Below are positions 43,138 through 57,029 of a stretch of 64,000 nt of DNA, piece by piece; position 1 is the first letter of the stretch, and each line of letters starts with the position of its first letter. The notes under the pieces were generated by a model. The model had not been told where the DNA came from. It was given only the letters and a program-made list of their open reading frames with translations, and made no database searches. The position numbers and the translations under genes are program-made. Origin of the DNA: Adineta vaga (Eukaryota; Animalia; Rotifera); assembly GCA_021613535.1 (NCBI GenBank), contig CP075497.1, forward strand, positions 9,548,001 to 9,612,000. The letters are read 5' to 3'.

Positions 43138-46100
43138 CGTCAACGACAAAAGTAAACGATAAATGAAATAAATGATGAACATAGAAGGCAACAGTCAGAA
43201 GCGGCCCGTATTCTCGCCGTATGACCTAAATGAATGGCAGTCAATATAGAGAGAGTCGAAATCAATATTTGATCTTTTTACAATAACAGACGTTTTTTTC
43301 CTTTACTTTGCCCGAAAGAAAAAGGAAAACTGATTCTTTATTTTTAATCACACAAACCTTCTCTAGTTCCGTATGTCATCCTATTACCGACTTTATTCGG
43401 TACAGAAACTAACAAGTAATTTCTTTTTTGCCTTAAGAAAATAGCAATTCTTCTCTGTGTTTCTTACTCGTTTGTTTCATTGGAAAGTACATTAAGTTAA
43501 ATATTAATCTATCTTCACTATGTAAACATCAGGAAAAGTATTCGATGAAGTTCTGACAATAAGAAAAGATCTCTATGATATATATATATATATACTTGTC
43601 CTTTTCTTATTTAATCTTCTTACCTTTAGCTTTTTCTTTCTTTTCAATAGATGTTGACAAGATATGAGATGAAAAGTCAACTAGTCACACTAATAATAAT
43701 AAGAAAGTCCTGATACATAGATATAAATAAGTCTCTCAGTGTAGATTGTTTGATGAAGAGAATATTTCTAACGAATCGAAAAGAATTCCGCTTTTTTTCT
43801 TTTTAATAAATTTCATGTATAGACGATTTTGCTTTTTCTTTGTGATATGTGTGTGTTCTTAATGCAATTTCCACGATCTTTTTCGAACTAAATCAATTCT
43901 GTCATGAGCAATTATACGAAGAACAAGAATAACAAAGAAAAAACGTACATGCGTGTTTGAAAAGAAGATAGGAAGACATCTCACCGATGTTAACTTTTAT
44001 TGCCATCATTGTCATCGTCATTTCTCATTACTTGAATAAGAAGAAAACGAAATTTGCATGCAGAAAAATATGGGGTTTAGCTCAATTTTTCTTTTCTTCA
44101 TCTCCCTTTAGACTTGATTAGACTACATCAGTTGTCAGAAGAAGAAAAAAAAGCAAGTTATGATTATTCTTAAACTTATCTTTATCTAACTCAGACGAGA
44201 ATCTTCTTGTTAAATATAAACATTATTTGTACTACAGATCTTAAAACAGAACTAACGTTTATGTTATTTAAATTCAACAGTAAAATTAATGATGTATAAA
44301 AGTAAATTATAAGAACTAACTAGTCGAATTGTTAATAGTACTTGACAGGAATCTCTCGAAACAAATTAATGGCGACTTGTTGTGTCGTCACTAAAAATTA
44401 AACAAGAATCTATCTTTTCTATTTGACAAATACTTCGATATTTTCTGTAAGAAAACTATTTTTTCTCAATTGAACATTCATTATTCCTACCTTGATTTAG
44501 TTTCTTCGAAATGATCACATAAATGAATGCATCAATCAATTGAAATTTCTTGATCAAATGCAACAGAGACAATGATAAGATTCATTGCTTGAATTACTTC
44601 GTTCTTTTTATCGAGCGGTTCTCATTCTGTTTTCTTTTTTTCTCTCTGTCTAACACGAGTAGAAAATATTTATCCCGTTTATATGTGCATCTTATTCAAA
44701 AAAAAAAATAAGCGACTAAAGACAGAACTGTTCCAATGGAGAGGTTCCCATGGGGATTAATGTATTATATGTTCTGTTGAGTTTTGCTCGATCTAAGAAA
44801 CATAAATGAGAAAAAAAAACGAAGAAGAAAAAAATATATATATATATAAATAGATCAACAACAACAACATAAAATATTACTGAAATAAATAAAGATCATT
44901 TCAAATAGGATGTTATTTAAAAGCAATCATTTCATGCAATATATTATCTCTAATTACAATTTTCTTAAGATTTGTTTTTTACCGATGAACATTTGTGCAT
45001 CCATGTTTGATCATTGAAAGAAATCTATGATTTATATCGAACTATTCGCATAACAACTTAAGATATTGTTGTCGCCTGGGATTGCCTAGGTTATTGAAAA
45101 AAAAATCATTGTTTGATGATGAATCTATGTTCCGACTAGTCTTTCAACTGATGTTCTCATACTGTTGCCGTTTGAATAATAAATGAATGCAATTCTTTTA
45201 TTGATTTCATTCACATCTAATCTTTTTGTTCGGTAATACGTTTATTCGTTTTTTTTTTGTAAGAAAAATACAGAAGAAGAGAAAGGTGAAATAACAAAAG
45301 TAATCGATCAGATCAAAACATTTATTTTACTTACATCGAGAGAAAGAAAAAATCGTACTAATTTGTTAATAATCTCATTTCCCTATAGTAATTAAAGACA
45401 AAATTCCATCGGTTAAACTTCGAGCTAGAAATGTCTATTCTATATATAAAGAGAGAGAGAGAGAGAGAGTAAATAGACAAATGTCTAATAGTTTTGTTAA
45501 TGTATCAATGAAATTTTGTTTCCTAGTTCCATTAACGATTTGTTTGTCTTTTTATGTTAAAAAAAAATACAATTATCGTAAATAACTATGTAGAGAAAAC
45601 AGCGAGATGAATAGCAAATTATATTATCTTGACGACTCAATATCACTTAACTATTAAGTAATTCTATCGATTACATCTTTCCAAGAGAGAAAACACTTGT
45701 TGATAAAAAGCAAGACGAAGAATTATATTGATTCTATCCTTCGATGTTCTATTCATATGGAATACTTTCTCAAACGGAAATTTTTGACATGTCAACTAAA
45801 ATATTTAAACGACAGAGTATGCATTTAATCTTTTATTATTTGCTAATTTTTTTTACTAAAGATTATTCAACAGATAGTTTCTTCTAAACTCGAAACATTA
45901 GTCTTTTATCGTCATATTAAAAAACATTTTTGGAGATCGAAACATTTCAATGATTGAAAACGAATGACATCAGTTTTTTTTGTTTCTTATTGTAATTATT
46001 CGACTATTTTTAATCTGTTGTTTCATCTTTACTCTCTCGAGACATAGAAGATACTTAATAAAATCAATCATTTTCATATAAATCTCTCATCAACTCGTTG

Positions 46101-48642
46101 AATTATCTTTCTAACTTTTGTCTATAAGATTTTCCAAATTTAATTCAGTCGATTACAAGACAAGTTTTACAACATTTCTTCTTGAAATATTATGTAATAA
46201 CAAGATCTACTTGAGTAATCATTTATTAGTAAGATGTAGAAGATTTGTTCTTTTTTAGTAATTTTTCAAGATTGAATCATAAGAAGAAATATTTCTACTA
46301 ATCTTTCTATAGTCATGCTATGGAATACAAATGACACTAGTTATATAAACAAAATTAAATCAATATTAAAGAGAGAAAAAACACCGAAGACATTGTCATA
46401 ATTTAAGCAAGCGTTGAAAATTGAATCAAAGTTAATCAATTGAAAAAAAAATTTACTATAAAAAGACTTGTTGATGATTGCTATTAATTGCCGTTACATT
46501 TCATTATTTTATTATTAATTGATAGGCGAAAATGAAGAATTTGTGTATTTAACGGAAATCAGACCTTCTTCTCTTTTTTGTTTTGTTTTGTAGCAGAAGC
46601 CGCTCTCTCTCTCTCTCTCTTTCTTTTCTTCTCTCTTTCTTAGCAGATTTTTTGTCACTATGTTCTATCTTCGTCGACACTGATCGAACGCATACACGCG
46701 ACTAAGTGCCTCTAGGGTGTAACAATGACTATACCAAGATGCGAACTAAATCTCTTCTCTCTCAATTCTTTTCTCACTCTTAAACCATTTCTTCTATCAT
46801 CACCAACGTCATATTAATAGATACTATTCGATTAGATCAAACAATGAAGTCAATGGCTTATGAATAGAAGAATTTCAAAGTAGTCAATTTAGAGAGAAAA
46901 AGTTCAGTTGAATGATCATTTTTAATATTCATATGCTTTGGCATATTGTTGACGATAGAATGATTCGATGTAAAGATGTCAGATCGATGTAGTTTCGATC
47001 TGTTGACTCTATTATTGTGTAAATAGCAATCTGTACTCAAACGTATCAAAAATTACTTTTGTACGAGTGAAATTTGAAACGAACAGAGAGAAATTCGTAA
47101 CATTTTGAAAATCGAATTCGTATTGAATACTTACGGGCATAGTTGATGTATTGATTTGCATTATATTATTGTATTGGAAAATGAAGGAGAAATAATGATG
47201 GCAACTTAGTTTCTTATGATTACTTTCAATCGTTCGTTGTCCTTGTAGTTGACTGTAAAAAGAGTAATAAAGACAAGATTGTTCGAGAGAACCGATTCTT
47301 CTTTGTCACTTGTATTGCTACAATGATAAACACGATATAAAGTGAGAAAGCACGGTTTGATCAAGGATCGTACAATGAAAGAAGTAAAGAGAAGAATAGA
47401 GAGATAGAGAAAGGGAAGGACAAGCTCTAACGAAAGAAAGGGAAACTTTTCATATTTTCTCGTTTTCTGCTTTGCATTTTGGCTTTTTTTCTCTCACTAC
47501 ATGAAAAAAAAAGAAAATAACAAGTGAAGACATTCGTCGTTGTGAATGCTATTGGCGTCACTCAATCCATTCCGCCCCCATTGTCATACAGAGATATTGC
47601 ATATAAATCTGTCGAGACTTATCTGAATAAGAAAAGATATGTAAACAATATATGGATTAGTTGATCGAGAAAAAAAACTGAAATCATTAAACAAAATATT
47701 AATCATCATTTAGAACTAAATAGTTGCTGAAGATTCGGAATGTAGAACATCATGGACGAACTATTGATTCAATTGATTTAATGTAGTAGAAAAGAGAAAA
47801 GATAGACAGTCCTAGAAAAAAGACTGGAACTATCCGATGACGCTCATTTTTGAGTCATTATCTACATAAATCGTTCACGCTTTTAGACAGATTGCCTGAA
47901 GCAGTCATCCAACTGACGACTTAGCATATGCACAGGTCATGCAAAGAACGATTTATGATATAGCTGAAATAAGTTCTCATTTTTTTTCTACGATAAAATT
48001 AGCGTCCAAGTACAACCATTGTGCTCAATCGTTGATTTATTCAAGTGTTGTCAGTTCATTCATCAACTGAAATGATAGAAGATATTAAAAAATAAAAATA
48101 TATAAATAACGACAAAAGTGTTTCTCCCAGTTCTCATTCAAAGTTTGACATGCGATCTATTTCTTTGTTTTCCCTAATGAATCTCCAACAAAAATCAAAA
48201 GTATGTATATTTATATCACCAAGTGAGATTTATTCAGCTGTTCCAGTAATACCTTCGTTTGTCATTTATATTTAAATAGAACTACATTGTATTTCTTCGA
48301 AAACATGGACTGTATATTCATGCTTATGCATCTGCAGATTTTACAAGATATCTATCTAATTGATTGATCTTTTTCTAATGAGAAAAATTCGTCGCCATAG
48401 AGATAATCGACAATGAATAGATAAGTTAAGGATAGAAATGTTAATAAACAATAGTAATCTTCAACTTATCTAGTGAAGTATGTTTGACCTCATAGATGGT
48501 CAATCAATATTGAATAGTCATGAAAAAGTGATTGGCAAAAGGAAAAGAAAGAAAAGAAAAAGAAAGATAACGGTCGAGAAGGACGAATCATTTCTATTGA
48601 CCTTATATACGAAGCTCATCTTCTCATTCATTTCATCAGAAA

Positions 48643-51362
48643 ATGATGGACTATTTTGTTTATGTCTATGTGTTACTTCTTGGATTTCTTATTCTGAACG
48701 ATGCGAGAAAACCGGATGATCATTTAAAAGGTATAACAAAGCACACTATCATTCTTCATTTTCTTACAATAATCTCGATTTTATTTAGGAACATATCCTG
48801 TATGTGCAGATGTATGCACATCATCTGAAGCTCATATAGAATTAGATTTAAGTGAACCACGAATCATTCGCGAGAATGAACGTGCTCAAATAACACTTCG
48901 TCGAACTGGCAGCGGTCGTTGTCGAGAACCAGGTAAAACAAAAAATAAACAAGAAGAAAGCTTGATATTAACATCGAAGAACAGATCTATTTTTTTTATT
49001 CAAGTCTCTTCCTTTGCATTATATCTGCTTGAAGGAATATATCGATTTATATTCTATTAATTCGAAAAGATGAAACGGAACTAACATAAAGAGAGAAGAC
49101 GAATGAAGATTTCTTTTTTTTGCAGCTTTGATTGAAATACCTTTGGATAAAATTGGGCAACATGGAATCGTCAAATTTGATCTTAATTTTGGTCCTGTTT
49201 TACATAATTTCAGCATTGATATTGGTATATTTTTGAGTTTTGTTGTTTATCAGAAAACTTAATGAGAAAATTTTCATTTTCAAGGATTTAATGATGAAAA
49301 TAATAGTACCATTCGTAATTTGAATATCTTCAATCAACAAGTTACAATTGAATCTCGTTCAGATATTGAAAATATTGTTGATATTTATGAACAATCAGTT
49401 ACACTACTTGAGCCAGGTGAAGATTTAACAATCTATATTTCGAATGAATGGATACAAATTGAAAATAAACAACGTCAACAACAAAAACTTACTGTTCAAT
49501 TAAATCAAACTGATATTTTCTTTTTCAAGTCAAATGTTTCATATCTTTCCATTGGTCTCAATCGTAATATTAATGGAAAACAAACTGGTATTGGTCTCTG
49601 TTCAGCAAATTTAACATTCATAGAATGTTTTGCCAATGAAGGTATGTGTTTTGAGGAGAAGAAAAACATCGTCTGAACAAAAGAAATACAATTTTCAATT
49701 TAGAATCGGCTTTGGATATTGATGTGAATAATAAAACATATGTTCAACGAGATTTGGAACATATCAATTGGATTAGTCATTTAACATATCTTGATCCCAA
49801 TGCTGATGTACGAGAATGTACAGCACAAGGTTTGTAGATAATTCAACGATTGTTTATTATTTCATTTTTGGGCGAACAAAAAACTTATTTAGGTGTTGTT
49901 CGATTAACATTTGATCCATTTGGAACGAGACGTATTGCTCGATTTGATTTAAGCATGGGTTCACAAATTCATGGTTTTACATTTAATATTGGAGATTCAG
50001 CAACGAACAATGGTTATGGTGGTGATGGTGGTACAACATCGAATTCAGCTGAAATACATTCGAATGATAATCGATTTTATGTATGAATAGAAACAAGAGT
50101 AGTTCTTTTTCAAAAGATTAATTGGTCGATTCATTTTAGATTTGGGCAAATACAAAAATATGTGGTGACACACTCTTATTAAAAATCGATTATAATGTTA
50201 TTGAACCATTTGATAACATTACAATTCTAGTTAGGTAAAATTATCGAAACTTTGTTTGAATATCTCTACTATTTGTCTGTATTTAGTAATGAACGAATTG
50301 AATTAACAAATCATCGTTCATATCATCAAATACTGTCTAATCCTTATTTATATGCACTTGCGAGACAAAATGTTACTTGTAATTGGTAAGAGATTGAATA
50401 TACATTGTTCAAATAAGTGAATCGATGTTTTTAGTTTTGATTCACTTTGTTATCCTGGTGTTCAACCCGATAATGATATTTATTTTGGTATCAATCGTGT
50501 TATTGGTGGTACTTATCGTCCAGGCACTGGAGTTTGTAATGCAAATGTCAATTGGATTCAATGTAAAAAAATTGGTAAAGCAAAAAAGACAACTAATCAA
50601 CATATGAATTCTTTCATGAATAATTTTGTTTTATTTAGAAGTGTCTCCCCGAAATAAATACGAACCAATCATTACACCCGACTTAACAACAACAACAACA
50701 ACAACAACTATCAGTTCGAGTACAACACCAATCGATATTACAACGAAGTCAGTCGAGCATTCAACTGAAATGATAAATAATATGGAATCGACTACAGTAA
50801 CAATGACAACGGAAGGAAATAATCAAAATGACACATTGTCATCAATAGGATCAACAATGATTTATTCCGAAGAAACAACAACAATCGGACAAGAAGAAAT
50901 AACTTCGACAGAAATACAAGTTGATTATATGACAACGAATGAAATCACCACCGAACAAGCAATTGAATTGACAAGTCAATTATCAAATGTAAATAAAGAA
51001 GAATCATTATCATCAACAAATAATCCATCACGGTTATTTCATTTATTAACGAATGCATCACAACATCTAATTACAGATGAAATACTTCATTCAGCGACAA
51101 CAGAAATGGAACAAACTACAACAGGTTAAATGAATATTTAAAATTTTCTGTTTCAAAATGTTGTTTTATTCTTTTAGTTTCAACAGCAAGTATCAATCCA
51201 TGTACTTTAGAAAATCTCCGAGCTAATTTTGTCTACCATGAATATCCATCTGATAAACATAAATTTATCTTTTGTGATAGTGAAGGCAAAATGAATGTAA
51301 TTGCATGTTCACCAAATTATGTTTGGTCACAAAGTGAACAATCATGCATTATACCTGTTTAG
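48643..51362 (+). CDS. Secreted protein: two tandem beta-rich domains, a Thr-rich mucin-like stalk and a C-terminal Cys-rich chitin-binding-like module
   Basis: Signal peptide MMDYFVYVYVLLLGFLIL. Repeat 1 ends IGLNRNINGKQTGIGLCSANL. Repeat 2 contains FNIGDSATNNGYGGDGGTTSNSAEI and ends FGINRVIGGTYRPGTGVCNANV. Thr/Ser/Glu-rich exon 50638-51124. Last exon NPC...YHEYPSDKHKFIFC...CSPNYVWSQSEQSC resembles a peritrophin-A/CBM14 pattern. Confidence 0.75.
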
Positions 51363-51639
51363 ACTTAAAGTTAAACTTTTTTTCTTGTTTTGTCGTTTCG
51401 TTTTTTTGTCTGATGTGTTTGTATCTGCGAAATTCATTTGGTTCAGAAAGAATAATTATTTGTGAGATATTCTCGCTTGAAAAAAAAAACAATCAATTAT
51501 TTTACTTTATTCTATTGAATCACGAACTACTTCAAGTTCCGGATTCCTTATCGGCTGATGTTTTCAGTAGCTAATGATTTCCAAGGACGAAAGGCATATC
51601 CGTTATCTTTCAATTGACAAAAAGAGAAATGAATACAAC

Positions 51640-52377
51640 TGTTTAAATGACATTTCCTCTTCTAACATGCATCAATAAAGAACAGAAGAAGTACTTATCA
51701 TTATTACGCTTATCATTCATAACTAGACGAATTATTCACGTTCAATTCATACACAATTTTTAAATACAGATATCATATGTGAAGTGAAAAATATTATATT
51801 TAAGAAGGATACACTGCATTTTTACATAAGATTAGTCATTGAAATCAAATTTTGGACAATTGACAATTAACCAACTTATAGAAGCGATGAAAATAACTCG
51901 ATGTGCCGTTAATCGATGACGTACATAATGAGAATAGGATTCTTTTTGAAAAACATTCATATATCGATAAAAAGCTCCTAAACAAAGATAACTAATGGAT
52001 CCTAATGAAGCCAATGAGAAGCAAAATGTTGAAAGTGGACAATGAAGATTTAAATTACTCGTTTGTGTTATATGAACAATCACAATAATGATATGAGTGA
52101 ATAAAATATTAATTAAATGACAGAAATCAAAGAATAATCGAATAAGAATTTGTTGTGAAAATGATTTCGTTTGAAAATAACGTTGAAATAAAATTTTTAT
52201 TTGTAAAATACCAGTAAAAATTCCAAAAATACAAAGTAAAATACTTGTAAATAATTGAAAATGATTATTGATTAATGTATCTTCATCAAAGAATGATAAC
52301 ATTCGATGATAATGAGCAAATTGATAATCATTCTGTAAAATATTCTCATCAGAAGTTTCTTCAAATATCATCATCAT
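51640..52377 (-). pseudogene. Divergent class A GPCR-like ORF truncated after TM4 (probable pseudogene)
   Basis: ORF 52377-51832 has four TM segments (CIFGIFTGILQI; FDFCHLI; HCPLSTF...GAFYRY; SWLIVNCP). After the TAA the same frame continues SYVKMQCILLKYNIFHFTYDICI* (ECL2-like Cys) and then degrades. No convincing splice rescue was found. The lower boundary is approximate. Confidence 0.5.
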
Positions 52378-53696
52378 GAAGTTTCTAGAACAAAAAAAGA
52401 TGTCACGTTATATTATAAAGATGAAAAAAGATAGTTTTTCTTCTTCTTCTTCTCTCTTATTAAAATTAGAAAGAAAATCTAAGCACGAGCATTATTTTAA
52501 CAACGTGTACGAAATGATTCTATAGGTTTTTAATTAAATACGCATTTACCAATGAATAATTACTCATAGAACAAAAGAATATTTGATATTGCTTCTTTTT
52601 TTTTATTTTCTTATTGAAATTTATAATCGTTTTGTCTAATAAGTGTCTTATAGAAAATAAAATTGTCAAAGACAAGAACGGAAAGTCAAAGAATAAATCT
52701 TCAAAAAAAGTACTTCCTTCTCTTTTCCTGTTGAGGATGAGAAGAAAAAATAGACTTATAAAGCTCTTCTCTTTTTATCTCATTACCTTTCCTTCAAGTC
52801 GCATGAAATGCACCTACATCCTGTCAATCAAAATAGAAATATACATGCAAGATCATTCGTTGAGAAGAACTATAGTGATACATAGTAACTAATAGATAGT
52901 TCTACTTAATGAACAAGTTTGAGATAGTATATCATCGAAGAAAACATACATTCGAAAAACAATGGTTTCTACAACAAGAAATGTTATTCGTAGATAGTTA
53001 TCTCATAAAAATGCGAGTCAATTTAAATCAGGAATATGAGAATTATGTCAATCGAGCACACACATAGCACATGTTTATTTATTCAACATGGGTGATTATC
53101 TGAAAACTTTGACTCCTACGTATAAATTCTCCTAAGTATCTCAACGTGGTTTTCTGTATATAACTTTGATAATACTTCATTTTATCATGTTATTATTATT
53201 TTAAGTAGCTTTTCCAAGACATCTTATTAATAAATTGCTTACTAGTAATCTAATGTTAAAAATATGATCACAAACATTAGTATTAATAGTCTAATATCAA
53301 AGGCAAAAAAACATCATTGATTCCGATGAATATACAAAAATCATTTTTATAGAATTTATAATTATTAGACTGATGAACGAAGCAAAACTGATTAACATTG
53401 AAAATATCTTATCAGAAACTTGACTCATGACTCATTTTCACCAGTCAATATTTTTATATGGTCATAAAATATCATCATAAGAGGCGAGATAAACTACGAG
53501 TCAAGTTATATACTGATTACAGCTGTGTCAATTCTCATTTTCGAAAGTATATCTAGACGATTCTATTCTTCACATACATATAATAATCAAATAAATAATC
53601 GAAAGTTTGTGTTTTTTTTCATTTGTACCTATCATTCTCTTTAAATTGTAACAGATTTCATGTATATACTTATTGACTAGATTGTTTATCTTTCTA

Positions 53697-54942
53697 ATGA
53701 AAAAAAGTGAATCTTCCAATGAAAATGAAAATGAAAAATATCATACAATTTCATTAAGAAATGATCTTCCACGAATTCCGAAATATTATCAAGAAGAATC
53801 ACTTCATTTCGATGTACCCAATGAATTCTGGATGAAAAAATTAACGTCATCTTCATCTGAAAAATATCATATTCACTTTAGTTCAACAAATGGTCCATGT
53901 AAGTTTGTCATTGTTTTTCAATGAATCATTATATACATATGATTTAGATACATCAATTTGTGAGAATCATCCAATTCTAACTGCTTTTCTTCGTGCATAT
54001 AATTCTCATGAAGATATTATTTTATCACCTGATGATCTATGGTTAATGATTTGTATCTATTTTGCAAAATATGTGAATAATAATTCAACAAAATTTTCTC
54101 ATTTGTTTATTAATAATCAAACGAATCGATCTATAACCATTGAAAATGATCAAACAATTGAATCGAAGTAAATTTTCATCGAAAATGTTTTGTTGAAGAA
54201 ATTATTTCGCTTAATTTTAGTTGGGAAAATTTCCTTCAACAAATACATTTCGAAATGACAGAATTTCTTCCTAATAATATTGTTGATTTATTACAAACGA
54301 AATTTTCTACGACAACAAAAGTCGAATCTCTTCTTTCATCTTTAACTTTAATGAGTACATTTAAAAAATCCTTCGATTATTCATATTTGATAAACTCCTG
54401 TGGAATTCGTCATGTGCATTTTATGGGAAATTTAAATGATTGGATTCTATTACGAGATAAAACAGATCAATTAAGATTATTCAATAAAGATCATGAAGAA
54501 TTTCGAGATTATATTCAAGGAATTTTACCTATCTTCGATCAGTTTATTCAAACGTATCAAGGTCATGTCGATAATCAATTTTGGGATACAATTTTTGATC
54601 TTAATCATATCAAAGATGAATCGAAGTAAAAAAATTTTGTAGAAAAACTTTCTATTTCAATCAAATATTTATTTTAGTCAATCCGATGGAATATCAATCA
54701 ATGGTTGGTTTCTTCGTTTATGCTATGGAATTCATCTAAAGCAAACAAGTTTCATGACATCTATTCAATTAAATTATCTTATCGTACCCGTTCAATTCGA
54801 AAATGAACATGATAATACATCGAAAACTTGTTATATATTAGGAGGTTTTCATGGTGTTTATTCATACAATGAAAAACATCGACCAGTTATGAGTTTAGTT
54901 ATTCTAGATGATGAAACTAGTAGTACAAAACTAGATATTTAA
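53697..54942 (+). CDS. DUF4419-domain protein
   Basis: Four exons. Motifs AFLRAYNSHEDIILSPDDLWLMI, FSTTT, LMSTFKKSFDY, CGIRHVHFMGNLNDW, ILPIFDQF, FW, INGWF and VPV...ILGGFHG match the DUF4419 pattern as I recall it. Confidence 0.82.
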
Positions 54943-55400
54943 ATTTTAATGAGAATTTCGAACTTTGTTTTTTACCATCCAAATATGGAAATAACATATC
55001 AAGTAAAGAGTGGTTTAATTAAAACATTTGTTAGAAAAACTTTCAAAGGAAGTTTTTGACGAGGAAAAATTGAAAGATCAAAAGTTGATTATGAATAAAT
55101 TGACGATTGTTTAGAATTTGTATAAGAATATTTTTCTTTTAATTAAAAATTCTTGTCAGAAACAAATTTAGATCATGTGTCTGATGTTGATTAATGAAAA
55201 TATTCAGATATTTTCCATTTGTTGTTCTTTAAAATTTGTTAAAAATCTAGATTATGTTCTCTGTCAATGCAAGTAAAACTTAGTTTTTTTTTTATAAAAA
55301 GAAAAAGAAATTACATTCCGACTCGTGATTTTCACAAACATTTTTCTACTTGTTTGCTTGAAAAAAACTATCAGTAACCATTCTCGTCATTTAATCTCGA

Positions 55401-56546
55401 ATGAATATGTCTATTAGACCAAATTTTAATCGGACAAGAAATTCCACAAGACGTCCTTCATTCAACAATGGATCGAATGGTTCAAATTTTACTAATGGTG
55501 AAAATATGTTTGACGAAAGTCCGGAAATTTTATTCTATCTTCTGACAACATTGGTCATTCCATCCATTCTTTGTTTTATATTTATCTTCTATAATTTTAT
55601 TCGTTTACCACAATTACGTGGTAAATCAACGAATCTTTCGATTATTTGTCTACTTATTATCAATTTCATTCATGTAAGTTCTACGATGACATCTATATTG
55701 ATTTAAAAAAGAATAATATTTCTTCTACATGTTTAGATATTAATTGATTTACCATTTCGTTCATATTTTCTCTTTACAAGTGAAGTTCTTTTTCGAAAAC
55801 CACTCTTTTGTCTCTTTTGGACATGGTCAGATGTTATATTAACTACTATTGATCTTTTCATCATGGCATTTGCATCAATTGAAAGATATATTTTTGTTTT
55901 TCATCATATTGTTCTTCGTAAACATCATCGTTTATTCTATCAATTACCGATTGCAATATGTTGTGCTATACCAACGATTTGGTATACAGTTTTAATCTTT
56001 GGTTATCCATGTCAAAATTCATTTTCATATTTCATATTTCAATGTGGAACAATTTGTTATCTAACAGATTCTCAAGTATTTAATCATATTGAAAACATTG
56101 GCTTTTTCATGATTCCATTGTGTATTATCGTTGTAAGTAATGGAATATTGGTTGTTCGTGTTCTTATTCAAAAGAAAAATATGAAACGAAAACATCGTCT
56201 TGGTTTATGGCGAAAAAATCTTCGAATGATTAGTCAATTGATGTTCATTGCAATTTTATATATGAGTATCTATGTTCCATCTTGTATTTTATTAGTTTTT
56301 GGTAGTTATGTTCGACGGAATCGATTTCAATCATCGGCAGCAAGTATTCGAACGCGTTATTTTACTCATTTGAAATATTTAGTTATATTTGGATGTCCAT
56401 TTGTGGTACTTGCTGGTCAAAAAGAAATGCATCAAATGCTTAGAAATCTATTTTTATATGTCAAAACTCGACAAACATTACGATGGAAAACAAATATTCA
56501 TCCATTAACAATGATGAACACTCAAAATCGAAGAGAAAATGAGTAA
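55401..56546 (+). CDS. Orphan class A GPCR
   Basis: Two exons (intron ~55674-55736). Seven hydrophobic segments; FCLFW...MAFASIERYIFVFH (ERY motif); ECL2 YPC...QCGTIC; TM5 IPLCIIVVSNGILV; TM6 RMISQL...YVP; TM7 GCPFV. Confidence 0.85.
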
Positions 56547-57029
56547 GAATTTCAGATTTCTCTTCTATTCTTTTTTTTCTTGTTGTGATGTACAATGACC
56601 ATTTTCAAATAAAGAAGAGATTGATTCAAAGATTCACGATCTTCAATTCATCAAAATATACATCAATTTCAATGAAATCGTGTACAAGGAACATTTTATT
56701 CTGTATTGATTTCTCAAAATAACTTGTATAATCTTTTAGTTGAAATGTGAAAGTCTATACTTACTCATTTGATTTCGATTGCAAAATGAATAAAACGTAC
56801 TATGTCTTTTACATGGTTATTCTATTTTTTTTTTCTTTCGTAACTAAATCAATGAAGAAATTAATCAAGTGAAGAAATCTCTTTTGTTCTTCTTGAAAAA
56901 TCATTCTTGATTAACAATCATTAAACATGGTTATTTTTTCTAATCTAATAAATCTTCACAGAGAGAAGATGAAAAAAAAGAGAAAAGCACACACACATAA
57001 CGAAACACAGAGAAGCAAATTTCTTTCTT

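Noticed and set aside
47913-47950. Hammerhead ribozyme (CTGACGA core)
   Set aside because: No correctly placed GAAA after stem II and no stem I/III with a cleavage triplet.
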